From NCBI GenBank assembly GCA_037441845.1, contig JBBIRK010000001.1, positions 497,284 to 561,283 on the forward strand: a stretch of 64,000 bases of DNA, read 5' to 3'. Each line of letters begins with the position of its first letter. Within the stretch, counting starts at the first letter, position 1. The position numbers and the translations under genes are program-made. Under the pieces are notes generated by a model that worked only from the letters and a program-made list of their open reading frames with translations, did no database searches and was not told where the DNA came from. Below are positions 50,773 to 61,149 of the stretch, in pieces. The stretch comes from Candidatus Zixiibacteriota bacterium. Its GTDB lineage: Bacteria > Zixibacteria > MSB-5A5 > UBA10806 > 4484-95.

Positions 50773-51912
50773 TTATTTATTTTTTTCCTCGAGGATTCTG
50801 ACGATGATCTCATCGCAAACGAACAGCCCCTCCCGGCTTAATTTCAGTCGTCCGTCGTCCGTCAATTGTATCAGCCCCCGATCGGCCATATCCCTCACCT
50901 CGACGACATCGATCACCTGCTCGATTTCCGCATAAGATACTCCTTCGGCTAAACGCAATCCCAACATCACTCCCTCTTTGGCGCGCAGCGTCTGATCGAT
51001 CTCCTCGACGTGTTCGATAGGCAACTTTCCCGATTCGATATCGGCGCAGTATCCGGCTATATCGGCCGTATTGCTCCAGCGTTTGGATTCCACGTATGAA
51101 TGCGCACTTGGCCCAAAACCCAAATAGGGCAGGCCCCGCCAGTATTTTAGATTATGGCGTGATTCTCGACCGGGTCGGGCGAAGTTGGAGATTTCATATC
51201 GACGCAACGGGCTTGTTTCGACCATATCGAGAAGAATACTGTAGAAACCGGCTTGCAACGATTCATCGGGAATCTCGATAAGACCGGATTCGACCCGCGT
51301 TTGCATAGGCGTTCCGCCCTCGAGCGTCAGACAATAAGCCGAAAGATGCGACGGCTCGAACGCCAAAGCGGTTTCCAGCGTTTTTTTCCACGAGGAGAAT
51401 GTCTGATCCGGAATACCGTAGATGAGATCAAGGCTTAAATCGGCGAATCCGGCCCGCTTCGTCTGGTCTATAGCTGCCATAGCCCGGCCGGCGTCGTGGA
51501 TACGGCCGAGCCGCCTCAATTCAGCGTCGCAAAAGGATTGCACCCCTATCGAAAGCCGGTTGACTCCGCAATCTCGGTAGGCACGTAATTTGGGCAAGTC
51601 GCTCGACTCGGGATTGCATTCGACCGTTATTTCAGCGTCGCTCTCGAGATCAAAGTTCTTTCTGATCGCGTCAATAACAGCGGCCAGAGCCGCCGGTTCC
51701 GCCAGCGAAGGCGTCCCGCCGCCGATAAAAATCGTATCCACCTTCGCTTTTCCCCGGGATATTGCGGACAACTCGATTTCTTTAAGCAAAGCTTCGTGGA
51801 ACTTCGCCGCCCAGAACGAACCGTCGGTCACCGAGTAAAAATCGCAGTAGGGACATTTGGATCGGCAGAACGGAAAATGGATGTAAATTCCTGCGGCGGG
51901 CATGACGGCCAC
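50773..51912 (-). CDS. hemW: Radical SAM haem chaperone HemW
   Basis: YIHFPFCRSKCPYCDF, GGGTPS, YEISN, HNLKYW. Confidence 0.92.
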   Translation of the reverse strand: MAVMPAAGIYIHFPFCRSKCPYCDFYSVTDGSFWAAKFHEALLKEIELSAISRGKAKVDTIFIGGGTPSLAEPAALAAVIDAIRKNFDLESDAEITVECNPESSDLPKLRAYRDCGVNRLSIGVQSFCDAELRRLGRIHDAGRAMAAIDQTKRAGFADLSLDLIYGIPDQTFSSWKKTLETALAFEPSHLSAYCLTLEGGTPMQTRVESGLIEIPDESLQAGFYSILLDMVETSPLRRYEISNFARPGRESRHNLKYWRGLPYLGFGPSAHSYVESKRWSNTADIAGYCADIESGKLPIEHVEEIDQTLRAKEGVMLGLRLAEGVSYAEIEQVIDVVEVRDMADRGLIQLTDDGRLKLSREGLFVCDEIIVRILEEKNK

Positions 51913-51974
51913 AGGATAAATAAAATTTAACTTATAGGCAAGTGGTGTCGGGATTAAATCAAGCGTTCAAGACT

Positions 51975-52643
51975 TCATTTAGGAGTCGCGCCCAACCTGC
52001 TCCAATCGATCCGCGAAGGGAAATGTGTCAGGTTATAGAAAAATATCTGAATGGCGGGAATTATATAGGGACTTTCCCATTTCGGCTCGTTCTTGTCGGG
52101 ACGCCAAGACCAATAAACCAGCATTCCCTTGCCTTTGATATCGGCGATCTCGATCGGCCCGAAATTGCGGGAGTCCTCGGCCTCGTCGCGGTTGTCGCCC
52201 AATATGAAGACCATACCCGCCGGCACCTGGGTCGGCGGAAAGTTATCGCGATTCGAGTAATCCGCCGGAAATATGCGATAATCACCATGTTTTATCGTCG
52301 ACGGCTCGATTATCGGATCGTTATCGACGTATACTATTTTGTCTTTGATAGCTATCGTCTGCCCCTCGGTGGCGATAACCCTGCCGGTCGCGTATTCGCC
52401 GACTTTCAAAGGATGCTTGAACACCACGATTTCGTTGACGGCCGGCTTTTGCGAACGATAGGCAAGCTGATTGACCAGTAGAAAATCACCGGCCATCAAG
52501 CCGCTTTCCATGTACATATTTTTTACCCGATACGGCATGGCGATAAAAATCCTGATCGCGCCCCCGATTAATACCACGATCGCCAACGCCTTGAGAAAAT
52601 CCAGCACCCGCGAGGGCTTCTTGCGTCTACGTCCCCGGTTCAT
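51975..52643 (-). CDS. Signal peptidase I-like protein, catalytic residues absent
   Basis: TM anchor, MESGL.AGDFLLVN, IVVFK, RVIA, FILGDNR..DSR.FG boxes. Ser nucleophile is Tyr and Lys base is Gly by manual alignment. Confidence 0.85.
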   Translation of the reverse strand: MNRGRRRKKPSRVLDFLKALAIVVLIGGAIRIFIAMPYRVKNMYMESGLMAGDFLLVNQLAYRSQKPAVNEIVVFKHPLKVGEYATGRVIATEGQTIAIKDKIVYVDNDPIIEPSTIKHGDYRIFPADYSNRDNFPPTQVPAGMVFILGDNRDEAEDSRNFGPIEIADIKGKGMLVYWSWRPDKNEPKWESPYIIPAIQIFFYNLTHFPSRIDWSRLGATPK

Positions 52644-52654
52644 ATCTGCCAGTT

Positions 52655-52682
52655 ATATCGGCATGCGAAACGCGAAGCTTAA
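52655..52682 (-). promoter_or_regulatory. Sigma28-like promoter candidate
   Basis: TTAA-N16-GCCGATAT between a terminator and the signal-peptidase-like gene. Confidence 0.5.
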
Positions 52683-52700
52683 ATAAATGAATCTATCGGC

Positions 52701-52731
52701 AATGAAACACCCCGCCCGAAAGGGGCGGGGT
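52701..52731 (-). terminator. Probable intrinsic terminator
   Basis: ACCCCGCCC/GGGCGGGGT stem followed on - by GTTTCATT. Confidence 0.6.
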
Positions 52732-52789
52732 CGACAATTAGTTTGAGGTGGTATGATATCCGGCAAATATGAACCGGACGAATATTCAA

Positions 52790-53215
52790 CTACTCCACTT
52801 TAGCCTCAACGAGATCGGCTTTGGTTTTGTTGGCTTTGGCCGGGGCTTTATCCAACGGTTTTATGGTGGATTTGGCCGTCGGATTCTGCAAGGCCGCTTT
52901 ATCGGCCTTGGCCCCCTTGTTCATACAGCAGACGTCGCCGTACGGACAATCAGCCGATACCTGGCCGGCTTTAGTCGACATCTGGCAAGCCTTGGAATCG
53001 ACATAGCCTGCTTCGGCGGTTTGGACCGCCACCTTATCGGTAGTGTTGGCGGAAGCGGTTTCGGTCTTGGCGGCCTTGGCCGCACAAGAACCGGCGTTAG
53101 AATTCAAGTCCGCCTTGGCGGCTTTGGCTTTAGCCTCGCCCGGGCAAGCGCCGGCGATTCCGGCCACACTCAATACCAGTGCAAATGCGGCCAGTCCGAT
53201 GATGATCTTTTTCAT
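52790..53215 (-). CDS. Small secreted Ala/Lys/Cys-rich hypothetical protein
   Basis: GAGGAGG RBS, signal peptide ending AGA-C, CPYGDVCC motif. Confidence 0.7.
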   Translation of the reverse strand: MKKIIIGLAAFALVLSVAGIAGACPGEAKAKAAKADLNSNAGSCAAKAAKTETASANTTDKVAVQTAEAGYVDSKACQMSTKAGQVSADCPYGDVCCMNKGAKADKAALQNPTAKSTIKPLDKAPAKANKTKADLVEAKVE

Positions 53216-53513
53216 GATGGGTTCCTCCTCAATGTTGTATGTTTCCGTCGATCGACATATACGGTATACAACCAGACATTGATAATGGTTCCCAATTTCA
53301 TTTAATAAAAACATTATTCACCAATCATGGAATCCATTTACTCTTGGATCGGGTCCGGTCGGTCGCTTCCGGAAAAGCCTTCCGTGGCTGCCGCCGAAGC
53401 CATCGCCAACGGCATTGCATATAATCTTAAACCTTCATATATTTAAAAATTATGATTCCATTCGATTGCGGACAAGCCGCCTTAATAGGACCGATTGCGA
53501 AGATGACCGAGTG

Positions 53514-54740
53514 ATGAAGATACTTTTCATCAGCCATCTTTTGCCGTATCCGCCGCGCGGGGGAGCGTTTCAAAGAACTTTTAATCTCATAAGGCAGATA
53601 TCGCACAATCATCAAGTCCATTTGCTGGCCATAGCCCAGAGAGCGCATCAGGATACCACGGCGAAAATCCAAGAAGCGGTTGAGGCTCTGCAAAAGTATT
53701 GCAAGTTCGTCAAAGCATTTCGGGCTCCCGGCGATTCAAGCACTTTTCGCTGGGGATTTCTGCTTTTTTCGAACCTGTTCTCGACCAAACCGTATTCGGT
53801 CTGGAAATTCCAATCGCCGCAGATGGTCGAGGAGATCCGTCGCATCATCAGCCGGGGACATTTCGACCTGATTCATATCGACACGATCGATCTGGTCGAT
53901 TACTTGGATGATTCGCTTGGGCTGCCGATCGTCGCCAATCATCACAATATCGAATCGGACCTGCTGGCAAGAAGAGCGGCGGCGGAAAAAAATCTCTTGG
54001 CGAAATTTTACCTGAGGCTGCAGGCCCAAAAAGTTCGAAAGCTCGAACGCAGGCATGCGCCGAGGTTCGCCGTGAATCTGGTGGTATCCGCGCAGGATAA
54101 AAAACGCTTCGAGAGTATCGCCCCGACAGCCGAGTTCGAGATAATCGCGAACGGCACCGATGTCGATTACTTCAAACCTTCGACAAACACCGACACGAGA
54201 GAGCTGATTTTCGTCGGCGGCTTAGGCTGGTTTCCGAACCGCGATGCGATGTTATATTTCAGCAGCGAAATTCTGCCGCTGATCCAGAAACAGGTCCCAG
54301 ATGTCGTGCTGAATATTATCGGGAGAACGCCACCGGCCGAATTGAGCAAAATGGCGGCGCTGAATCCGGCCATCAGGCTTCATGGTTTTGTGGATGATAT
54401 CAGAAATTTAATGGCAAGGGCTGCGGTTTACGTCGTGCCGATCAGAGTGGGCGGCGGCACGAGATTGAAAATTCTCGATGCCATGGCGGCCGGCAAAGCG
54501 ATCGTGTCCACCACAATAGGCGCCGAGGGAATTCTCGCCGCTGACGGCAGTGACATCTTATTCGCCGATACGGCCGAAAGTTTCGCCGAGCGGGTGGTGC
54601 AATTACTCAACGACAAACAACTGCGCCGACGACTCGAAACCAATGCTCGTATGCTTGCGGAAAAAGAATATTCCTGGGATGTCATCGGCAAGCGATTGAA
54701 CCAAATTTATGCCGATGTCGCAGGCCGTAACCAGAGATAA
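53514..54740 (+). CDS. GT4-family glycosyltransferase
   Basis: PYPPRGG, HNIES, NGTD, GGGTRLKILDAMAAG, YSW. Confidence 0.9.
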   Translation: MKILFISHLLPYPPRGGAFQRTFNLIRQISHNHQVHLLAIAQRAHQDTTAKIQEAVEALQKYCKFVKAFRAPGDSSTFRWGFLLFSNLFSTKPYSVWKFQSPQMVEEIRRIISRGHFDLIHIDTIDLVDYLDDSLGLPIVANHHNIESDLLARRAAAEKNLLAKFYLRLQAQKVRKLERRHAPRFAVNLVVSAQDKKRFESIAPTAEFEIIANGTDVDYFKPSTNTDTRELIFVGGLGWFPNRDAMLYFSSEILPLIQKQVPDVVLNIIGRTPPAELSKMAALNPAIRLHGFVDDIRNLMARAAVYVVPIRVGGGTRLKILDAMAAGKAIVSTTIGAEGILAADGSDILFADTAESFAERVVQLLNDKQLRRRLETNARMLAEKEYSWDVIGKRLNQIYADVAGRNQR

Positions 54741-54829
54741 TCGCTCCGAATCGGCTCGGGTGCGACGGGCTGTATTCCCCGATTGTGTTCCCGACCGTGG
54801 CCTGCCTGCGCAAAGCCCCTTCGCATTCT

Positions 54830-55969
54830 TCATATATTTTTAATCAAGTGATAGTAAAAGAGCGCCGCAGAAAACTTTCCGAACGGTGACATGATCGCAT
54901 TATCGTGTATGCTGGTTCGCCTTATTGCATATACTTCGCCGCCGATCGACTTCATTCCTCGAATGCGCGACTTGTCTTTGCCGTGAACACCCACCGCATA
55001 CGAATAGTCGGCCGCTGAAACCATCTCCATGATCGTTGCATCAAAATCGCCGTTCGGATAACAGAATCCTTTCACCCGGATATCGAGATTCTCTTGGATT
55101 TTTTTTCGGGAATCGATCAACTCGTGTTCGATTTCTTCTCTTGTCAGGGTGGTAAGGATACGGTGGGAGCAGCCATGGGAACCGATTTCCACGCCAGCCC
55201 GAGCCATTTCCCGGATTTCGTCCCAGGACAGCATCAAATTTTTGCCTGACAGCTCATATTCGGGAATCTCGGCATCAATCGCGATTTTCGCCAACAGACT
55301 GTCGATAATTTCCGCCTTAAACCCTTTCAATCGCCCCATAAACCAATCGGCCGGGTCATTATCGCCGGCGATATATTCCGAGGCCATCGATCGCCAAGAC
55401 GATTCCGATATCTTGCCCGCCCCGAATCGTTCCAAGTATTTTTCAAGCTGAATCCGGGATAATCCCCCTTTGACAATTATATACTTTGCCCGGTAAAACC
55501 AAAACGCTTTCACACCGCCGATATAATCAGCCGTGATGAATATGGTTACAGGTATCCCATGCTTTTTGATAATGGGAAAAGCAAAAACGTAATTATCCCG
55601 CCAACCGTCATCGACCGTTAACGCCAATGCATTGCGGGGAATATCGCTTCCCGACTTGAGCGCCTGGGCCAGAGTCTCCAGGGGCATGACGGCGAAATTG
55701 CGTTTCAGAAAGCTCAATTGCTCGTCGAAAATCTCCGGGGTAGTCACCATTCCGGGTTGAATGTACCGCCTTTGCTCGCTGCCTTTGGGCAAAAAACAGT
55801 GGTAGTTCAAGACCAAAAAACTTTGGTAGCTGTTCCTTTTGCGTTTGAAAGCAAAGTAAAAAGACAAAAGTCCCAAGTAATAAGCTCCGGTCAGGAGCAA
55901 ATATTTGATGATTTTTAGGGCTCTGGTCGTCAGCAAACATCCTACGCTTTTCAGGATTTTTCGGTACAC
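54830..55969 (-). CDS. Polysaccharide deacetylase (CE4)
   Basis: LNYH, TVDDGWRD, GSHGCSH, FCYPNG. Confidence 0.88.
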   Translation of the reverse strand: MYRKILKSVGCLLTTRALKIIKYLLLTGAYYLGLLSFYFAFKRKRNSYQSFLVLNYHCFLPKGSEQRRYIQPGMVTTPEIFDEQLSFLKRNFAVMPLETLAQALKSGSDIPRNALALTVDDGWRDNYVFAFPIIKKHGIPVTIFITADYIGGVKAFWFYRAKYIIVKGGLSRIQLEKYLERFGAGKISESSWRSMASEYIAGDNDPADWFMGRLKGFKAEIIDSLLAKIAIDAEIPEYELSGKNLMLSWDEIREMARAGVEIGSHGCSHRILTTLTREEIEHELIDSRKKIQENLDIRVKGFCYPNGDFDATIMEMVSAADYSYAVGVHGKDKSRIRGMKSIGGEVYAIRRTSIHDNAIMSPFGKFSAALFYYHLIKNI

Positions 55970-55988
55970 TTGATTTAGTTAAGTTTTT

Positions 55989-57491
55989 CTATCGAGAAGA
56001 AACGACCCGCCCCTCACCGCGGTCGCTATCGATTTCCACCAGTTCCGCCTGCCTCTTGTTCCGTTGTATGAACACCAGGGCGACCACTAGAATGTATATG
56101 GTCCAAATATAAGGATAATAAACGGTTGATACGAATGTGGACGTCGTAATATAGCCTATTATACTGGCCATGAGCGATTCGGCCATATAATGCGAAAAAT
56201 AATTGCCACCCTCGGAGAACGGCCGCTTTTTCTCGCGCAACAGAAGCCAAAGCGCGGTTATCATCATCGCCGCAAAAAGGCCAAAACCCAAAAAACCGGT
56301 CTCCGCCAAAATTTGGGGAATAGTGCCGTGAAACGCCCGCCCCCAGTGAACGTTCGGATTCTCGACGCCGCTGACATATTGCGGCATATAAACCCCTCCG
56401 TTTTCGGCGCCCACACCGAACAACGGGTGATCCATGAACATCCCCAATCCCGCTTTCCAGTATCTTATTCTGGAGGCGGCCGTTCCCTCCTGAACCTGAC
56501 CTATGCTCAAGGCTTCTTGCCAGTAATCGGCCGGTGCGAATGCTATCATCGCTCCCGCCAACGCCAAGGAGATACCCAGAGCCCGCGCCTTCTTGCGCGA
56601 GGTGAGGATGTTGTAGATAATAAGACAACCGAGGCCCACCAATCCGCCGCGGGAAAAGCTGCTCACTATCGCCAAAAGAAACCAGAAAAGCATGAAAGCA
56701 AAAAACAGTTTCAACTTGTTCTTGAAAAACAGCACGCCGTAATAGGCGAACGGCATGAAAACGATCATGATCAGGGCGAAATCGTTTTCATCGCCGATGA
56801 AACCGCTGCCCACCTGACCGCTGGTCGCCCTTCCCACGGTATCCAGATACGAGCCGGATATAAACGTGAGTGTCCCCTTTATGGCGAAATACAGATGAAC
56901 CAGGAGCAACATCCAGGTGATCTGATAAAGCCGCTTTTGAGAGTCTATCAGGTTGATTCCGAGAAAATAGATTATGAAAATAACCAGCATCGCCTCGAAA
57001 ACCTGATAAGCATAAAAGTTGTTGGCGGCTATGAAAACCCCGACTAAGATAACCCCCAAATAACCCAGATAAAGACTCGAAAAAAATCCCCACAGCGGTT
57101 TCTTTTTCGTCTGGGTCATATGAATCACCAACGACAGCAAGGTTATGATTTCGAGAATCATCGAAAGCCTAAGCGGGATCAGCGCCGGAATAAAATCATA
57201 GGGTCGCAAAAAATTGTAAAGCAATATCAAAAACACGCCGGTATAAGGATTTCGTAGTATCAGGATACACACGAACGCCGCGGGTATCGCACCCAAGAGC
57301 GCAAATTGAAACATCTTCGGCAAAAAAGCCAAAACCGCGCCCAAAAGCAGCGAAATCGCGATCAGCGCCAAAATCCATAGGTGATACTTCTCGATTACAA
57401 CCCTTATTTCAGGCTGAATCCGTGAAGCCGATATTTCAGGTGTTTTGTTCATCGAAATAGAAAATCGGGCCGTATCCCCGTCAACACTCAC
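55989..57491 (-). CDS. O-antigen ligase/Wzy-like membrane protein
   Basis: Multiple TM helices, DENDFA, SFSRGG, R..W..G..MF..PLFGVG, AFHG..LAETG. Confidence 0.85.
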   Translation of the reverse strand: MSVDGDTARFSISMNKTPEISASRIQPEIRVVIEKYHLWILALIAISLLLGAVLAFLPKMFQFALLGAIPAAFVCILILRNPYTGVFLILLYNFLRPYDFIPALIPLRLSMILEIITLLSLVIHMTQTKKKPLWGFFSSLYLGYLGVILVGVFIAANNFYAYQVFEAMLVIFIIYFLGINLIDSQKRLYQITWMLLLVHLYFAIKGTLTFISGSYLDTVGRATSGQVGSGFIGDENDFALIMIVFMPFAYYGVLFFKNKLKLFFAFMLFWFLLAIVSSFSRGGLVGLGCLIIYNILTSRKKARALGISLALAGAMIAFAPADYWQEALSIGQVQEGTAASRIRYWKAGLGMFMDHPLFGVGAENGGVYMPQYVSGVENPNVHWGRAFHGTIPQILAETGFLGFGLFAAMMITALWLLLREKKRPFSEGGNYFSHYMAESLMASIIGYITTSTFVSTVYYPYIWTIYILVVALVFIQRNKRQAELVEIDSDRGEGRVVSSR

Positions 57492-58843
57492 CTTCGGGCC
57501 GAACCGGTGATTTCATCCAAAAGTCCGCATAATTTTCCGGTAAGCCTTCTTCGCGACACGGAAAGCAGGCGTTCGTCTTTCCGATTGTCCACCCGCGCTC
57601 CCGAGCGGATTCTATCGATCAACTTAAGAATCCCTTCCTTGATTTTCTCTTTATCGAATATGTCGGCTATCGCCACGTTTTCGAAACCGGTCAGAAAGCG
57701 CGCGGCCGCTCCCTCCGGAAGCAGGGCAAGAATCTCATTGCCCGAGGCCAGATACTCGAACGTCTTGGCGGGAATCATCGCCGCCTGTTGAGGAGCCTGC
57801 ACCAAAATCAAAATGTCCGCCTCGATAATCAACTTGAAATAGGAATCGCGACCCACCGGCTGATTGAACTGCACCAGGTCGCCCAGTTGATAATCGGCGA
57901 TCGCCTTCCTTATGTTCGTCGTGTCCACGGTTATGATCCCCTGAAAAACAACCCGAACTTCATTTCTGCCGATCCGTTTTTCTCGAATCAACTCGCCCAG
58001 AGCCGTCAACATCACGTAAGGATCACGGCCATGATAGAGGTTTCCGGCATAAAGAAATGTTATCGGCCGCCTTGGATCGAGATTTTTCTTCTCCGTTTCT
58101 GAAAAGTCTTGGTCGTCGAATCCGTTCATTATCGTCACCATGGAATCCGATTTTTTTTCCGGGAACATTTTCCCGAATAGCTCCGTCAGCTCCGGTGTGG
58201 AGGTAACGACCTTGTCGGCTCTCATGACAACCCTTTTTTCGAGGAACCGCGCCAACCATCTGCTGAACGCCGTTTCCACCTCCGGCGGTTTCCGGGCAAG
58301 CGACCAAGGATCGCGAAAATCGGCCAGCAACGGTTTGCCGGTCGCCAAACTGGTCAGCAGCCCTATTACGTGGCAAGTATAGGGCGGCCCACTGGTATAA
58401 ACGGCGGCGATATCCCCGCCGGCGGCCAAACGGATCGCTTTAAACGTGCCGGGAATAAGCCATCCCATGTTCTCGTCGGGAATTCTCGACAATGAATTCA
58501 AAGTACGCTTCCATAAAGGAACGGCGGCCCGGTGAAAACCATCGCGGACGATCGGCGCTCCGCCTTTTTCCGTGCCCTGCGTAGTTTCGGTCGGCCTGCC
58601 CCTGACCAATCGCATGACCAATTTGATAAAATCGTCCGGTGTGGGCAATTTGCCGGTTCTATACACGACCGCATCGGACTTGGGGGCCGCAGGATCCAGA
58701 GTGGTATAATGTTTCGGATGCACCGTCAATATCACTGGCGTCCAGCCGAACTCCGGCATGTATTTGGCGAATTTTGAGGTTCTCAACACCCCCACCGACA
58801 AGTCGGGATGATAATGATAAGCCACCATCAAGACTTTTTTCAT
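57488..58843 (-). CDS. GT4-like glycosyltransferase
   Basis: KKVLMVAY, GW.P.ILT, DFRDPW, NGFD, PAKTFEYL. Confidence 0.88.
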   Translation of the reverse strand: MKKVLMVAYHYHPDLSVGVLRTSKFAKYMPEFGWTPVILTVHPKHYTTLDPAAPKSDAVVYRTGKLPTPDDFIKLVMRLVRGRPTETTQGTEKGGAPIVRDGFHRAAVPLWKRTLNSLSRIPDENMGWLIPGTFKAIRLAAGGDIAAVYTSGPPYTCHVIGLLTSLATGKPLLADFRDPWSLARKPPEVETAFSRWLARFLEKRVVMRADKVVTSTPELTELFGKMFPEKKSDSMVTIMNGFDDQDFSETEKKNLDPRRPITFLYAGNLYHGRDPYVMLTALGELIREKRIGRNEVRVVFQGIITVDTTNIRKAIADYQLGDLVQFNQPVGRDSYFKLIIEADILILVQAPQQAAMIPAKTFEYLASGNEILALLPEGAAARFLTGFENVAIADIFDKEKIKEGILKLIDRIRSGARVDNRKDERLLSVSRRRLTGKLCGLLDEITGSARR

Positions 58844-58906
58844 TTCCCCCACCACCGTTATCAACTATTATCGTTTGACCGTTTTCCCCTCGACACCGGA
58901 ACCTCT

Positions 58907-60418
58907 CTATCGCTGATTTTTGCTTTCGGCCAGACCGCCCTTCAGAATTTTCAACGACCCGATTGGATCGTGCAGGATTCTACGGACGAACTCTTTCTCC
59001 TTTTTATCGAGCACTCCGGTTTTGTAGCATAATAGCGGAAAAAGCAGAGCTATTCCGCAAAACGCCGCAATCGATAACAATTGATTATCAATCCTCAGGA
59101 AGAATACGGGCATGTTCAGCGGAATATACAGGCCGATCATCAGCAATATCCGTCCCTTTTCGTACTTTATCGGATAAAAACGTTGCGAGTAGTAATATTC
59201 GATCCCGAATCTGACCCCGAAAGAAAGCAGAGTCGAAAGCGCCGCCCCCCAACCTCCCCAAATCGGGATCAGCAGAAAATTCAGGCCGATATTGACGAAC
59301 ATCGCTATCACCGTGGAAATGCCGCGGTATTTGGTCTGGTTCTTTATAAGTATGCCGCAGGAGGCGATATAATAAGCGCCCATGACCGCATAAGAGAAAC
59401 TGATCAACGGCACCAGCTGAAATGCGCTCAGATAGGCGGGATCCGCGATCACTCGCAGCAGATCGCGGGCAAGAAGCGAAAATGCAAGACTGACCGTTAA
59501 AATGGCCAGAACGAAATAGGTCATTATCTTCGATATCGTCCGGGGCCCTTCCTCCTTCTTGGCGATTTCGAACATCTTGGCGCTCCAGATCTGCACGAAC
59601 GGGCCGGTGAACAAGTTCGACACCAGCATTCCGAGCTTATAGGCAAGCGAATACAGGCCGACCTGGGTCAAATCGCGGTAGTGCTCGACGAAATAGCGAT
59701 CCGAAAACGTGAGCGCGAACATCGACAGGCCGCTCAGCAACAGCGGGGCGCTGTAGCCGAGCATATTGCGATACATACCGAAATCGAATCCTATGCCGGT
59801 TTCTTTGAACGTGAGAGCCACCAGAATCGCGCAAAAGATGAACTTGGAAATAAGCGTGCTGTAAAGAATCCCCATCACTCCCAAACGCAACCCAACAAGG
59901 AAATAAATGTTCAAGGTAAGTTGCAAAAGCAGACTGGCCAGATTTATGACGATGAAGCGGGCGCTCTGCTGCTTGGCCCTGATAAATATCATCGGAATCT
60001 CGAGACTGCCGGCAAGAAACATGCTGATGAAAGCGACTCGGAAATGGGGGGAATAATCCGACGTCTCGAACACCAGCCTCGACACCGATTCGGAAAAGAA
60101 AAGGCAGACCATCGAGGCCAAAGCGAACAACACCGAATTGCCGATAATAGCGGTGCTCACCGATCGATTTTTTTGCGAAACATCATCGTAAAGGTAATAG
60201 TAACGCATCACCGCGGTGGTCATCCCCAGCCCGGCGATAGTGGAAACCAGATCGGTGGTCAAGGTCAGAAGCTCGAGCGTCCCGTATTCCAATGGCGTCA
60301 GCAGGCGGGTGTATATCGGCAGCATGATAAAGGCAACCATCCGATTGAGAAGGATGCCGATGGTGTAGATCGAACCGTGCTTGAGCAGGCTTTTTATATC
60401 ATCGAACATCGCTGCCAT
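58907..60418 (-). CDS. Wzx-type oligosaccharide flippase
   Basis: LPIYTRLLTPLEYG, SDRYF, VGLYSLAYK, LNFLLIP.WG..GAA; many TM helices. Confidence 0.9.
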   Translation of the reverse strand: MAAMFDDIKSLLKHGSIYTIGILLNRMVAFIMLPIYTRLLTPLEYGTLELLTLTTDLVSTIAGLGMTTAVMRYYYLYDDVSQKNRSVSTAIIGNSVLFALASMVCLFFSESVSRLVFETSDYSPHFRVAFISMFLAGSLEIPMIFIRAKQQSARFIVINLASLLLQLTLNIYFLVGLRLGVMGILYSTLISKFIFCAILVALTFKETGIGFDFGMYRNMLGYSAPLLLSGLSMFALTFSDRYFVEHYRDLTQVGLYSLAYKLGMLVSNLFTGPFVQIWSAKMFEIAKKEEGPRTISKIMTYFVLAILTVSLAFSLLARDLLRVIADPAYLSAFQLVPLISFSYAVMGAYYIASCGILIKNQTKYRGISTVIAMFVNIGLNFLLIPIWGGWGAALSTLLSFGVRFGIEYYYSQRFYPIKYEKGRILLMIGLYIPLNMPVFFLRIDNQLLSIAAFCGIALLFPLLCYKTGVLDKKEKEFVRRILHDPIGSLKILKGGLAESKNQR

Positions 60419-60474
60419 ATTCCGATTCAGGACCGGTTTTCCCGTGGAAATCGCCTTCGATTATCATTATGGAT

Positions 60475-61149
60475 TTACTTCGAAAAAAGATTTTGTTGTC
60501 CCGAGGATTCACTTGGTTGCGCGCTTTCGGCCGGCTTTTCGGGGGCGGATTCCGCCGGCGGATATCCGAACAGATGGCGGTTGTCGTAATTGTTCATCAA
60601 AACTCGGCCGGGGTTCCCGGCGGCCAAACAGCCGTCCGGTATGTCTCTCGACAAAATGCAGCCGCTGGTTATCGTCACGTTATTGCCTATTTTGATCGCG
60701 CCCGATATCACCGATCCCGTGCCGATCCAGACGTTGTCTCCAATCACCGGCACGCCCTCCTTGCCTCCGGTGTGGCCCACACCGATCGTAACGTTATGGG
60801 TGACGCTGAAATTGGCGCCGATTTTCGTCGGGCCGATATAGATATTTCCTATATGTCCGACGTAAAAACCGGGCCCGATATCGGCGTCGATTACCACATG
60901 GTAAACGGCCTTGATAAAATAATCGAATATGAAATGAGTTACCTTAACGGGAAACCCGATTATTTTATTTTTCGCATACAGTCGCGAACCGAAGTTGCCC
61001 AGCCGGTAAATGACCACACAATGAAAACCGAAATGAAAAATCCAGAGGCAGATCTTGTTGAAAAGCGATGGCTTTTTCGAGCCGTAACCGATTCTATAAT
61101 ATTTTTCGATATCGGCCTTGAAGGGGCTTTTCCCTATACCCACTGTCAA
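60475..61149 (-). CDS. Hexapeptide-repeat O-acetyltransferase (CysE/WcaB-like)
   Basis: IGPGFYVGH, HNVTIG, PVIGDNVWIGTG, AGNPGR. Confidence 0.85.
   Translation of the reverse strand: MTVGIGKSPFKADIEKYYRIGYGSKKPSLFNKICLWIFHFGFHCVVIYRLGNFGSRLYAKNKIIGFPVKVTHFIFDYFIKAVYHVVIDADIGPGFYVGHIGNIYIGPTKIGANFSVTHNVTIGVGHTGGKEGVPVIGDNVWIGTGSVISGAIKIGNNVTITSGCILSRDIPDGCLAAGNPGRVLMNNYDNRHLFGYPPAESAPEKPAESAQPSESSGQQNLFSK

Noticed and set aside
52693..52700. Second GCCGATAG on the minus strand
   Set aside because: Its -35 position falls in the GC-rich terminator stem with no TAAA-like element.
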